This document shows, piece by piece, positions 28,091 through 37,518 of a stretch of DNA of 47,548 nt. How positions within the stretch are numbered: position 1 is the stretch's first letter; each line of letters opens with the position of its first letter. The notes beneath the pieces are model-generated. The model had not been told where the DNA came from, made no database searches, and worked only from the letters and a program-made list of their open reading frames with translations. The position numbers and the translations under genes are program-made. The DNA comes from a phage: NCBI GenBank assembly GCA_012145005.1, contig GCA_012145005.1_3029.1; one strand, 5' to 3'.

Positions 28091-28648
28091 ATGTCAGAAA
28101 CTAAGCCTAAATATAATTACGTAAACAATAAAGAGCTTTTACAAGCTATTATTGATTGGAAAACAGAATTAGCAAATAATAAAGACCCAAATAAAGTAGT
28201 TCGTCAGAATGATACTATCGGATTAGCCATTATGCTTATTGCAGAAGGCTTATCTAAGCGTTTCAACTTTTCAGGATACACCCAGTCTTGGAAACAAGAA
28301 ATGATTGCAGATGGTATAGAAGCTTCTATTAAGGGGCTTCACAATTTTGATGAAACGAAATATAAAAACCCACATGCATATATAACTCAAGCTTGTTTTA
28401 ATGCATTCGTCCAACGTATTAAAAAAGAACGTAAGGAAGTTGCAAAGAAATATAGTTACTTCGTTCACAATGTCTATGACAGCCGTGACGACGATATGGT
28501 TGCGTTAGTAGATGAAACTTTTATTCAAGACATCTATGATAAAATGACGCATTACGAAGAATCAACCTATAGAACACCGGGGGCTGAAAAGAAAAGTGTT
28601 GTAGACGATTCTCCTAGTTTGGATTTTTTATATGAGGCTAACGATTAA
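28091..28648 (+). CDS. 55: late-transcription sigma factor gp55
   Basis: 185 aa from ATG 28091; [24 protein letters not shown] matches T4 gp55. Confidence 0.92.
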
Positions 28649-28850
28649 CCTCTCCGGATTCTTGGAAGAAATACCTGAAGTTGAAGCTATTCCCTATTTA
28701 CTTAAAATGTATCTCAGGGAAGTTTTAGCTCTTGACATTGATATTGATCCAGAAAATCCGTATGATACCGCTTTTAAATCTAATGGTGTAGAATTAAACT
28801 ATCGGTATCATTTAACAGATGATGATTTTTATTTTATATTAGAGAAATAA
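28632..28850 (+). CDS. small hypothetical acidic protein
   Basis: ORF track. Confidence 0.4.
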
Positions 28851-28851
28851 T

Positions 28852-29169
28852 ATGACTGATAAACCCGAAATTAATGATGAAGTGGAAAAGCTTATTTCTT
28901 CTATTGAAGAAAAGAACCGTCTTGAAGCAGAAAGAAAAGCAAATAAGTTATTGTCTAAAAACAAACGCGAACTGAACCGTCTTTATAAGCACGCTCAGAT
29001 TGCAGCTGAAAACAATAATTTTGCTCAATACGAATATGCTATCAAGAAAAGTCGGGATATTCTAAAACAGCCATATAACGATGAACTCATCAGTATTCTT
29101 TGGAAGACTACTAGATCGCAGATTGAGGATATGATTGATGCTTACACACGTAAAATTCAAGCGTCTTAA
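28852..29169 (+). CDS. hypothetical helical protein
   Basis: ORF track. Confidence 0.4.
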   Translation: MTDKPEINDEVEKLISSIEEKNRLEAERKANKLLSKNKRELNRLYKHAQIAAENNNFAQYEYAIKKSRDILKQPYNDELISILWKTTRSQIEDMIDAYTRKIQAS

Positions 29170-29341
29170 AATTAATGCAGGATTTACTGAATCTTTGAAT
29201 GGTCATCTTTGTGTGAAAATTTCTGAAAAAGAATACCATGATAGTTCAATTAAAGAAGTTAATCCTCCTATTGTAAGAGCAGACCCTAATATGAAAGTAT
29301 GGGTTGATTCCTATCAAGTCAAAAAATGGTGGCAGTTATGA
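29135..29341 (+). CDS. small hypothetical protein
   Basis: ORF track; start uncertain. Confidence 0.35.
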   Translation: MMLTHVKFKRLKINAGFTESLNGHLCVKISEKEYHDSSIKEVNPPIVRADPNMKVWVDSYQVKKWWQL

Positions 29342-29344
29342 AAG

Positions 29345-29518
29345 ATGAACATCCAGACTTCTGAAATAGATTATAATAAAGTTCGTTCCTCTAAAGAGGA
29401 AATGATGAGACGCTTTAAAGAGTCTCATGATAAAGCTAAAGCAGAAGGAACTATAACATATAAGCGTATAAAATTTAGAAGCTCTAATGAGCCTCTGTAT
29501 GGCGTATTATGCGGATAG
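29345..29518 (+). CDS. small hypothetical protein (57 aa)
   Basis: below track cutoff; ends just before a stem-loop. Confidence 0.3.
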   Translation: MNIQTSEIDYNKVRSSKEEMMRRFKESHDKAKAEGTITYKRIKFRSSNEPLYGVLCG

Positions 29519-29532
29519 GAGCTTCGGCTCCT
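29517..29532 (+). terminator. UUCG-tetraloop stem-loop (no strong T-tract)
   Basis: AGGAGC-TTCG-GCTCCT. Confidence 0.45.
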
Positions 29533-29535
29533 ATA

Positions 29536-29560
29536 TTGCTTTATAAATTTTTGGTAAAAT
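29536..29560 (+). promoter_or_regulatory. candidate T4 middle promoter (MotA box) upstream of alpha-gt
   Basis: TTGCTTTA MotA-box-like, 11 bp, TAAAAT. Confidence 0.35.
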
Positions 29561-29584
29561 AAACCAAAACAAAGAGGATATTAA

Positions 29585-30787
29585 ATGAAAGTATGTATTT
29601 TTATGGCTCGAGGTCTTGAAGGTTGTGGTGTAACAAAATTCTCACTCGAGCAACGTGATTGGTTTATTAAAAATGGTCATGAAGTGACTTTGGTTTATGC
29701 TAAAGATAAATCATTTACTCGTAATTGCGCGCATGATTATAAATCATTTTCAATTCCGGTTTTATTGGCAAAAGAATACGATAAAACACTTAAGCTGGTA
29801 AATGATTGTGATATTCTAATTATCAATTCAGTTCCTGCTACTTCGGTTGAAGAAGACACTATTAATAACTATAAAAAAATTATTGATAACATTAAACCTT
29901 CTGTTCGTGTTGTAGTTTATCAGCATGACCATTCTTCTCTTTCTTTGCGTCGAAATTTGGGATTAGAAGAAACTGTTCGTCGAGCTGATGTTATTTTTAG
30001 CCATTCTGATAATGGTGATTTTAATAAAGTTCTGATGAAAGAATGGTATCCTGAAACAGTTTCTCTGTTTGATGATATTGAAGAAGCACCGACCGTATAT
30101 AACTTTCAGCCTCCTATGGATATTGCGAAAGTTCGATCAACCTATTGGAAAGATGTTTCTGAAATTAATATGAATATCAACCGTTGGATTGGTCGTACGA
30201 CTACATGGAAAGGTTTTTATCAGATGTTTGATTTTCACGAAAAACATCTTAAACCTGCAGGACTAAGTACTATTATGGAAGGTCTGGAACGTTCTCCAGC
30301 GTTCATTCCTATTAAAGAAAAAGGAATTCCATACGAGTATTATCGTCTTCATCAAGTAGACCAAATTAAAATTGCTCCTAATTTGCCAACGCAAATTCTT
30401 GACCGTTATGTAAATAGCGAAATGCTTGAACGCATGAGTAAATCCGGATTTGGTTATCAACTGAGTAAGTTGGACAAAAAATATTTACAACGTTCTTTAG
30501 AATATACTCATCTCGAGCTTGGTGCATGTGGAACAATTCCGGTATTTTGGAAATCTACTGGCGAAAATTTAAAATTCCGTGTTGATAATACTCCTTTGAC
30601 CTCGCATGATAGCGGTATCATTTGGTTTGATGAAAATGATATGGAATCAACATTTGAACGTATTAAAGAACTGTCATCTGACCGAGCTCTTTATGACCGT
30701 GAGCGAGAAAAAGCATATGAATTTTTGTATCAGCATCAAGATTCAAGCTTCTGCTTTAAAGAACAGTTTGACATTATTACAAAATAA
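29585..30787 (+). CDS. agt: DNA alpha-glucosyltransferase
   Basis: 400 aa; MKVCIFMARGLEGCGVTKFSLEQRDWFIKNGHEV matches T4 alpha-gt. Confidence 0.93.
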   Translation: MKVCIFMARGLEGCGVTKFSLEQRDWFIKNGHEVTLVYAKDKSFTRNCAHDYKSFSIPVLLAKEYDKTLKLVNDCDILIINSVPATSVEEDTINNYKKIIDNIKPSVRVVVYQHDHSSLSLRRNLGLEETVRRADVIFSHSDNGDFNKVLMKEWYPETVSLFDDIEEAPTVYNFQPPMDIAKVRSTYWKDVSEINMNINRWIGRTTTWKGFYQMFDFHEKHLKPAGLSTIMEGLERSPAFIPIKEKGIPYEYYRLHQVDQIKIAPNLPTQILDRYVNSEMLERMSKSGFGYQLSKLDKKYLQRSLEYTHLELGACGTIPVFWKSTGENLKFRVDNTPLTSHDSGIIWFDENDMESTFERIKELSSDRALYDREREKAYEFLYQHQDSSFCFKEQFDIITK

Positions 30788-30803
30788 AGGGCTTCGGCCC
30801 TTT
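30786..30803 (+). terminator. UUCG-tetraloop stem-loop
   Basis: AAAGGGC-TTCG-GCCCTTT. Confidence 0.6.
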
Positions 30804-30826
30804 AGCTTTATACGGAGTTTGATATA

Positions 30827-30967
30827 ATGATATTTCTTGGATATGTGATACTTTTTCTTGCATTTTATCTATTCACTAGAGCATGTTGGATTGGGTTCTT
30901 TAGCACTCCAGATGGATTTATTTCAATAATTTTATTTTGCATTTCAATGACGGTTCTTGATATATGA
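30827..30967 (+). CDS. small hydrophobic membrane protein (46 aa)
   Basis: GGAG RBS; two hydrophobic stretches; ATGA overlap with gene 47 start. Confidence 0.35.
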   Translation: MIFLGYVILFLAFYLFTRACWIGFFSTPDGFISIILFCISMTVLDI

Positions 30968-31983
30968 AAATTTTAAATTTAGGTGATTGGCATTTAGGCG
31001 TTAAAGCCGATGACGAGTGGGTTCAATCCATTCAGTTGGATGGAATTAAGCAAGCGATAGAATATTCTAAGAAAAATGGAATTACTACCTGGATTCAATA
31101 CGGCGATATTTTTGATGTGCGAAAAGCAATCACGCATAAAACTATGGAGTTCGCCCGTGAAATAGTTCAAATGCTTGATGATGCTGGTATTACCCTACAT
31201 ACTGTTGTAGGAAACCATGATATGCATTTTAAAAATACTTTAACTCCAAATGCCTCTACTGAGCTTTTGGCTAAATATCCTAATGTTAAAGTATATGATA
31301 AGCCTACTACAGTAGATTTTGACGGATGTTTAATTGATTTAATTCCTTGGATGTGTGAAGAAAATACTAGTGAAATTCTCGAGCACATAAAAACTTCTTC
31401 TGCTTCTTTTTGTGTTGGTCACTGGGAACTGAATGGATTTTATTTTTATAAAGGAATGAAATCTCACGGTCTTGAACCTGATTTCCTTAAGACTTATAAA
31501 GAGGTGTGGTCTGGTCACTTCCATACTATTTCTGAGGCTGCAAACGTCAGATATATTGGGACACCATGGACACTAACTGCAGGTGACGAGAATGACCCTC
31601 GTGGGTTCTGGATGTTTGATACAGAAACAGAACGAATGGAATTTATTCCAAACAACACTACCTGGCATCGTAGAATTCATTATCCATTTAAAGGAAAAAT
31701 TGACTATAAAGATTTTACAAATCTATCAGTACGTGTTATAGTAACTGAAGTAGACAAAAATCTGACGAAGTTCGAATCTGAACTAGAAAAAGTTGTGCAT
31801 TCATTACGAGTTGTGTCAAAGATTGATAACTCTGTCGAGTCAGATGACAGTGAAGAAGTTGAAGTTCAATCTCTTCAGACGTTGATGGAAGAATACATTA
31901 ATGCAATTCCAGACATCACTGATTCTGACCGCGAAGCACTTATTCAATATGCAAATCAGTTATATGTAGAGGCAACACAATGA
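30964..31983 (+). CDS. 47: recombination nuclease subunit gp47 (Mre11-like)
   Basis: 339 aa; N-terminal LGDWHLG phosphoesterase motif; GNHD motif. Confidence 0.92.
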   Translation: MKILNLGDWHLGVKADDEWVQSIQLDGIKQAIEYSKKNGITTWIQYGDIFDVRKAITHKTMEFAREIVQMLDDAGITLHTVVGNHDMHFKNTLTPNASTELLAKYPNVKVYDKPTTVDFDGCLIDLIPWMCEENTSEILEHIKTSSASFCVGHWELNGFYFYKGMKSHGLEPDFLKTYKEVWSGHFHTISEAANVRYIGTPWTLTAGDENDPRGFWMFDTETERMEFIPNNTTWHRRIHYPFKGKIDYKDFTNLSVRVIVTEVDKNLTKFESELEKVVHSLRVVSKIDNSVESDDSEEVEVQSLQTLMEEYINAIPDITDSDREALIQYANQLYVEATQ

Positions 31984-32243
31984 CTTTTGATGAATTTAAA
32001 AATGTTATGATGAGTCAGCATTTTGAATGCGAAGTAAAAGATGATATTGGGCATAAAGAAATTATTGAATATTGGTTTGAACCGCTAGAGGTTGAAGATA
32101 ATTGTATTAAAAAGGTTACGGTCTGCACTGACTGGGCTGTATCTTTTAACTTCAACATTTTAGATAATGACACACCTAAATCATTACGAGATATGGCTGT
32201 ATCTTGTATTAAGGATGCATACTGTGAAGTTTTCGACATTTGA
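31980..32243 (+). CDS. small hypothetical protein
   Basis: ORF track; ATGA coupling to gene 47. Confidence 0.4.
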   Translation: MTFDEFKNVMMSQHFECEVKDDIGHKEIIEYWFEPLEVEDNCIKKVTVCTDWAVSFNFNILDNDTPKSLRDMAVSCIKDAYCEVFDI

Positions 32244-32430
32244 CATTAACGATGAATTCATAGCAAATATTGATTATACCGAAGAAGATTCTAGATATGT
32301 TGGAATAATTTATATTACATCAAAAACAGCACAAGGTGTTGTTTGCATGGCTGAATTTGATGAATACTTTTTAGATTATGATGATATGATAGAATGGTCT
32401 AAAAGATACATTAAAAGGAATCTTTTGTGA
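32215..32430 (+). CDS. small hypothetical protein (start ambiguous: ATG 32215 or GTG 32224)
   Basis: track ORF 32167..32430 trimmed; AAGGA precedes GTG 32224. Confidence 0.3.
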   Translation: MHTVKFSTFDINDEFIANIDYTEEDSRYVGIIYITSKTAQGVVCMAEFDEYFLDYDDMIEWSKRYIKRNLL

Positions 32431-34109
32431 AGAATTTTAAACTAAACCGAGTTAGGTATCAAAATATAATGTCAGTAGGTGGAAATCCTATTGACATTCA
32501 ATTAGATAAGGTTCAAAAAACTCTTATTACTGGCCGAAATGGCGGTGGTAAGTCTACTATGTTAGAAGCCATCACATTTGGGCTTTTTGGCAAGCCATTT
32601 CGTGATGTAAAGAAAGGTCAATTAATAAACAGCACAAATAAGAAAGAACTTTTAGTTGAACTGTGGATGGAATATGATGAGAAAAAGTACTATATCAAAA
32701 GAGGACAAAAACCAAACGTTTTCGAAATCACCGTTAACGGTACACGTCTTAATGAATCTGCCAGCAGTAAAGATTTCCAAGCAGAATTTGAACAGCTTAT
32801 CGGAATGTCATATGCCAGTTTCAAGCAGATTGTTGTCCTTGGTACAGCAGGGTATACCCCTTTCATGGGTTTGTCGACCCCTGCACGAAGAAAGCTTGTG
32901 GAAGACCTGCTCGAGGTAGGAACATTAGCTGAAATGGATAAGCTTAATAAAGCACTAATACGTGAATTAAATTCACAAAACCAAGTGCTTGATGTTAAAA
33001 AAGATAGTATTATCCAACAAATTAAAATATATAATGATAACGTTGAACGCCAGAAAAAATTAACTGGTGATAACCTTACTCGTCTACAGAATATGTATGA
33101 TGATTTGGCAAAAGAAGCTAGAACGCTAAAATCGGAAATAGAAGAAGCTAATGAAAGATTAGTTAATATTGTTTTGGATGAAGACCCGACTGATGCATTT
33201 AATAAAATCGGCCAAGAAGCATTTTTAATTAAATCAAAAATTGACTCGTATAATAAAGTCATTAATATGTATCACGAAGGTGGATTATGTCCAACCTGTT
33301 TGTCACAATTAAGTTCCGGTGATAAAGTTGTTTCTAAAATTAAAGATAAAGTTTCTGAATGTACACATTCATTTGAACAGCTTTCAACACATCGTGATAA
33401 TTTAAAAGTTCTCGTCGATGAATACCGAGATAATATTAAAACCCAACAGACGTTGGCGAATGATATTCGCAATAAAAAGCAATCTCTAATCACGACGGTA
33501 GATAAAGCTAAAAAAGTTAAAGCAGCTATAGAAAAAGCATCATCCGAGTTTATTGACCATGCTGATGAAATAGCACTGCTTCAAGAAGAACTTGATAAAA
33601 TTGTTAAGACAAAAACTAATTTAGTAATGGAAAAATACCACAGAGGAATTTTGACTGATATGCTCAAAGATTCTGGTATTAAAGGTGCTATCATTAAAAA
33701 GTACATTCCATTATTTAATAAGCAGATTAACCATTATCTTAAAATAATGGAAGCGGATTATGTGTTTACATTAGATGAAGAATTTAATGAGACAATTAAA
33801 TCCCGCGGTCGTGAAGATTTTAGTTATGCTTCATTTAGTGAAGGTGAAAAAGCACGAATCGATATTGCTCTTTTATTTACTTGGCGTGATATTGCTTCTA
33901 TCGTATCTGGTGTTAGTATTAGTACATTAATTCTTGATGAAGTGTTTGATGGGTCATTTGATGCTGAAGGTATTAAAGGTGTAGCTAATATTATAAATTC
34001 AATGAAAAATACTAATGTTTTTATAATTTCGCATAAAGACCACGACCCGCAAGAATATGGTCAGCATCTTCAAATGAAGAAAGTTGGTCGATTTACTGTA
34101 ATGGTTTAA
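32427..34109 (+). CDS. 46: recombination ATPase gp46 (Rad50/SbcC-like)
   Basis: 560 aa; Walker A GRNGGGKST; long coiled-coil middle; CPTC zinc hook; C-terminal LILDEVFD Walker B. Confidence 0.92.
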   Translation: MKNFKLNRVRYQNIMSVGGNPIDIQLDKVQKTLITGRNGGGKSTMLEAITFGLFGKPFRDVKKGQLINSTNKKELLVELWMEYDEKKYYIKRGQKPNVFEITVNGTRLNESASSKDFQAEFEQLIGMSYASFKQIVVLGTAGYTPFMGLSTPARRKLVEDLLEVGTLAEMDKLNKALIRELNSQNQVLDVKKDSIIQQIKIYNDNVERQKKLTGDNLTRLQNMYDDLAKEARTLKSEIEEANERLVNIVLDEDPTDAFNKIGQEAFLIKSKIDSYNKVINMYHEGGLCPTCLSQLSSGDKVVSKIKDKVSECTHSFEQLSTHRDNLKVLVDEYRDNIKTQQTLANDIRNKKQSLITTVDKAKKVKAAIEKASSEFIDHADEIALLQEELDKIVKTKTNLVMEKYHRGILTDMLKDSGIKGAIIKKYIPLFNKQINHYLKIMEADYVFTLDEEFNETIKSRGREDFSYASFSEGEKARIDIALLFTWRDIASIVSGVSISTLILDEVFDGSFDAEGIKGVANIINSMKNTNVFIISHKDHDPQEYGQHLQMKKVGRFTVMV

Positions 34110-34164
34110 TTTATAAGAGATTATGCTTTAATTTATTAGAGTATAATCTCTATGGAGGAAAAAC

Positions 34165-34353
34165 ATGGAATATTCAACTGGACAGCATCTATTAACTATT
34201 CCTGAAATAAAACGATATATTCTGAGAAATAATTTTTCTAATGAAGAGCATATAGTTACTGAATCTATGCTTAAGAATGCATTTAAATCAGAATATACGA
34301 AAATAATGTCCAACAGGAATGAAGCTTGGACTGTTACTGATTATTATGACTAA
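34165..34353 (+). CDS. small hypothetical protein
   Basis: ORF track. Confidence 0.4.
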   Translation: MEYSTGQHLLTIPEIKRYILRNNFSNEEHIVTESMLKNAFKSEYTKIMSNRNEAWTVTDYYD

Positions 34354-34362
34354 AGGTGTATT

Positions 34363-34752
34363 ATGACTAAAATTACTGTGAATTATACTGTTGATGTAAA
34401 AGATATTCAGCCAAAACACGTGCGTTCTGAATCAAATCCGCAAAACCAAAATAAAATTCGTCGAGCATGGGTTTTGTCTCTTTCTGATAACGCGATGGAA
34501 GTTATTCAGAGCAAAATTAAATCTGCACCTGCTCGTCATGCGTATTATGAAGCTATCGATCGTGAAGTGAGTGATAAATGGATTGAACTAATGCGCAAAC
34601 ATACGGCAGAATCTCTAAACGCTGGTGCCAAATTTATTATGACTTCATGTGGTGAACGCCTTGAAGATGATTATTGCGGTAATGCAGATGAACGCCTAAT
34701 TGTCGCTGCTCAAATTGTTGCGGAAACAATTGCTGCCGATTTTAATCGTTAA
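34363..34752 (+). CDS. rpbA: RNA polymerase binding protein RpbA
   Basis: 129 aa, position immediately upstream of gene 45; matches T4 arrangement. Confidence 0.7.
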   Translation: MTKITVNYTVDVKDIQPKHVRSESNPQNQNKIRRAWVLSLSDNAMEVIQSKIKSAPARHAYYEAIDREVSDKWIELMRKHTAESLNAGAKFIMTSCGERLEDDYCGNADERLIVAAQIVAETIAADFNR

Positions 34753-34776
34753 TTGCTTTATTAAATTAGTTATAAA
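34753..34776 (+). promoter_or_regulatory. candidate T4 middle promoter (MotA box) upstream of gene 45
   Basis: TTGCTTTA then 10-11 bp then TATAAA. Confidence 0.35.
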
Positions 34777-34807
34777 ATTAAATCTCATTTGAATTGAAGG
34801 AAATTAC

Positions 34808-35494
34808 ATGAAACTGTCTAAAGATACTACTGCTCTGCTTAAAAATTTCGCTACTATTAACTCTGGTATTATGCTTAAATCTGGTCAATTTATTATGACT
34901 CGCGCAGTTAATGGTACAACTTATGCGGAAGCAAATATTTCTGACACTATTGATTTTGATGTAGCAATTTACGATTTGAACGGTTTTCTCGGTATTCTGT
35001 CCTTAGTTAATGACGATGCAGAAATTTCCCAGTCAGAAGATGGAAATATTAAAATTGCTGATGCTCGTTCAACAATTTTTTGGCCAGCAGCCGATCCGAG
35101 TACAGTAGTTGCTCCTAATAAACCGATTCCATTCCCGGTAGCATCTGTTGTTACCGAAATTAAAGCTGAAGACCTTCAACAGCTGTTGCGTGTATCTCGT
35201 GGTCTGCAGATTGATACAATTGCTATCACAGTAAAAGAAGGTAAAATCGTAATTAACGGTTTTAATAAAGTAGAAGATTCTGCTTTGACCCGTGTTAAAT
35301 ATTCTTTGACTCTTGGTGATTATGATGGTGAAAATACATTTAATTTCATTATCAATATGGCAAATATGAAAATGCAACCAGGAAATTATAAACTTCTGCT
35401 CTGGGCAAAAGGTAAACAAGGCGCTGCTAAATTTGAAGGTGAACACGCGAATTATGTAGTAGCTCTTGAAGCTGATTCTACCCACGATTTTTAA
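34808..35494 (+). CDS. 45: sliding clamp gp45
   Basis: 228 aa; MKLSKDTTALLKNFATINSGIMLKSG matches T4 gp45. Confidence 0.95.
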   Translation: MKLSKDTTALLKNFATINSGIMLKSGQFIMTRAVNGTTYAEANISDTIDFDVAIYDLNGFLGILSLVNDDAEISQSEDGNIKIADARSTIFWPAADPSTVVAPNKPIPFPVASVVTEIKAEDLQQLLRVSRGLQIDTIAITVKEGKIVINGFNKVEDSALTRVKYSLTLGDYDGENTFNFIINMANMKMQPGNYKLLLWAKGKQGAAKFEGEHANYVVALEADSTHDF

Positions 35495-35495
35495 T

Positions 35496-35513
35496 AAAGG
35501 GCTTCGGCCCTTT
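35496..35513 (+). terminator. UUCG-tetraloop stem-loop
   Basis: AAAGGGC-TTCG-GCCCTTT. Confidence 0.6.
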
Positions 35514-35545
35514 ATAATTTACACTAAAACTTGAATGAGGAAATT

Positions 35546-36505
35546 ATGATTACTGTAAATGAAAAAGAACACATTCTTGAACAGAAATATCGTCCATCTA
35601 CTATCGATGAATGTATTCTTCCCGCCTTTGATAAAGAAACCTTTAAATCTATTACAAGTAAAGGTAAAATTCCACATATTATTCTTCATTCTCCTTCTCC
35701 AGGAACAGGTAAAACGACTGTAGCAAAAGCATTGTGTCATGATGTAAATGCTGATATGATGTTTGTGAATGGATCAGATTGTAAAATTGATTTCGTTCGT
35801 GGTCCTTTGACTAATTTTGCTAGTGCAGCTTCATTTGATGGTCGTCAAAAAGTAATCGTTATTGATGAATTTGACCGTTCAGGGTTAGCAGAGTCTCAGC
35901 GACATCTTCGTTCCTTTATGGAAGCTTATAGTTCAAACTGTAGTATTATTATTACTGCTAACAATATTGATGGTATTATTAAACCGCTTCAGTCACGCTG
36001 CCGAGTTATTACATTCGGTCAACCGACTGATGAAGATAAAATTGAAATGATGAAGCAGATGATTCGTCGATTGACTGAAATCTGCAAGCATGAAGGAATT
36101 GCTATAGCTGATATGAAAGTTGTAGCAGCTTTGGTTAAAAAGAATTTTCCTGATTTTCGTAAAACTATTGGTGAGCTCGATAGTTATTCATCTAAAGGTG
36201 TTTTGGATGCTGGTATTTTATCACTGGTTACTAACGATCGTGGTGCTATTGATGATGTTCTTGAATCTCTCAAAAATAAAGATGTTAAACAACTCAGAGC
36301 TTTAGCACCAAAATATGCAGCTGATTATTCGTGGTTCGTAGGTAAACTTGCCGAAGAAATCTATACACGCGTAACTCCGCAAAGTATTATTCGTATGTAT
36401 GAAATTGTTGGTGAAAATAACCAGTATCATGGAATTGCGGCTAATACGGAATTACATTTAGCATATCTTTTCATTCAATTAGCATGCGAAATGCAGTGGA
36501 AGTGA
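35546..36505 (+). CDS. 44: clamp loader large subunit gp44 (AAA+)
   Basis: 319 aa from ATG 35546; Walker [11 protein letters not shown]; SRC motif. Confidence 0.93.
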   Translation: MITVNEKEHILEQKYRPSTIDECILPAFDKETFKSITSKGKIPHIILHSPSPGTGKTTVAKALCHDVNADMMFVNGSDCKIDFVRGPLTNFASAASFDGRQKVIVIDEFDRSGLAESQRHLRSFMEAYSSNCSIIITANNIDGIIKPLQSRCRVITFGQPTDEDKIEMMKQMIRRLTEICKHEGIAIADMKVVAALVKKNFPDFRKTIGELDSYSSKGVLDAGILSLVTNDRGAIDDVLESLKNKDVKQLRALAPKYAADYSWFVGKLAEEIYTRVTPQSIIRMYEIVGENNQYHGIAANTELHLAYLFIQLACEMQWK

Positions 36506-36506
36506 T

Positions 36507-37070
36507 ATGAGCTTATTTGAAGATGATATTCAATTAAACGAGCATCAAGTTGCTTGGTATTCAAAAGATTGGACAGCTGTCCAATCTGCTGCTGATTCTT
36601 TTAAGGAAAAAGCTGAAAATGAATTTTTTGAAATAATTGGAGCTATTAATAATAAAACTAAATGCTCTATTGCTCAAAAAGATTATTCAAAATACATGGT
36701 TGAGAATGCATTATCACAATTTCCTGAGTGCATGCCAGCTGTATATGCTATGAATTTAATTGGATCAGGTTTAAGCGATGAAGCCCATTTTAATTATCTG
36801 ATGGCTGCTGTTCCTCGGGGTAAAAGATATGGTAAATGGGCAAAACTGGTCGAAGATTCTACTGAAGTATTGATTATTAAGTTACTTGCTAAGCGGTATC
36901 AAGTTAATACAAATGATGCAATTAACTATAAATCAATTCTTACTAAAAATGGAAAACTTCCTTTAGTTTTAAAAGAACTAAAAGGTTTAGTCACGGATGA
37001 TTTTTTAAAAGAAGTGACTAAGAATGTAAAAGAACAGAAACAACTCAAAAAACTAGCATTGGAATGGTAA
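36507..37070 (+). CDS. 62: clamp loader small subunit gp62
   Basis: 187 aa directly after gene 44. Confidence 0.85.
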   Translation: MSLFEDDIQLNEHQVAWYSKDWTAVQSAADSFKEKAENEFFEIIGAINNKTKCSIAQKDYSKYMVENALSQFPECMPAVYAMNLIGSGLSDEAHFNYLMAAVPRGKRYGKWAKLVEDSTEVLIIKLLAKRYQVNTNDAINYKSILTKNGKLPLVLKELKGLVTDDFLKEVTKNVKEQKQLKKLALEW

Positions 37071-37071
37071 A

Positions 37072-37440
37072 ATGATTGAAATTACTCTTAAAAAACCTGA
37101 AGATTTTCTGAAAGTAAAAGAAACCTTGACTCGTATGGGAATTGCTAATAATAAAGATAAAGTTCTGTATCAGTCCTGCCACATTCTTCAGAAAAAAGGA
37201 CTATACTATATCGTCCATTTTAAAGAAATGCTTCGTATGGATGGCCGTCAGGTTGAAATGACAGAAGAAGATGAAGTTCGTCGTGATTCGATTGCATGGC
37301 TGTTAGAAGATTGGGGACTGATTGAAATCGTTCCTGGTCAAAGAACTTTTATGAAAGATTTAACCAATAACTTCCGAGTTATTTCTTTTAAACAGAAACA
37401 CGAATGGAAACTCGTTCCTAAATATACGATTGGTAATTAA
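37072..37440 (+). CDS. regA: translational repressor RegA
   Basis: 122 aa; position between 62 and 43; MIEITLKKPEDFLKVKETLTRMGIA. Confidence 0.85.
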   Translation: MIEITLKKPEDFLKVKETLTRMGIANNKDKVLYQSCHILQKKGLYYIVHFKEMLRMDGRQVEMTEEDEVRRDSIAWLLEDWGLIEIVPGQRTFMKDLTNNFRVISFKQKHEWKLVPKYTIGN

Positions 37441-37442
37441 GC

Positions 37443-37464
37443 AAGGGGCTTCGGCCCCTTATTT
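37443..37464 (+). terminator. UUCG-tetraloop stem-loop
   Basis: AAGGGGC-TTCG-GCCCCTT. Confidence 0.6.
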
Positions 37465-37482
37465 GGAGTATAATATATCAAG

Positions 37483-37518
37483 AGCCTAATAACTCGGGCT
37501 ATAAACTAAGGAATATCT
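37483..37518 (+). promoter_or_regulatory. putative gp43 translational operator (hairpin plus SD)
   Basis: AGCCT-AATAACTC-GGGCT hairpin (5 bp, 8-nt loop) followed by AAGGA SD and ATG; resembles the T4 gene 43 autoregulatory operator as I recall it. Confidence 0.45.

Noticed and set aside
30821-30826. TATAAT hexamer considered as a promoter -10
   Set aside because: It overlaps the ATG of the small ORF at 30827 and has no GTTTAC or MotA box at the right spacing
32690-33262. 190-aa minus-strand ORF, and all other minus-strand ORFs in the track (e.g. 12737-13138, 35069-35485, 10520-10840, 38623-38910)
   Set aside because: Each lies antisense inside a well-supported + strand gene (46, NTase, 45, 43 and others); the whole window is one co-oriented early region, and the translations are low-complexity with no motifs
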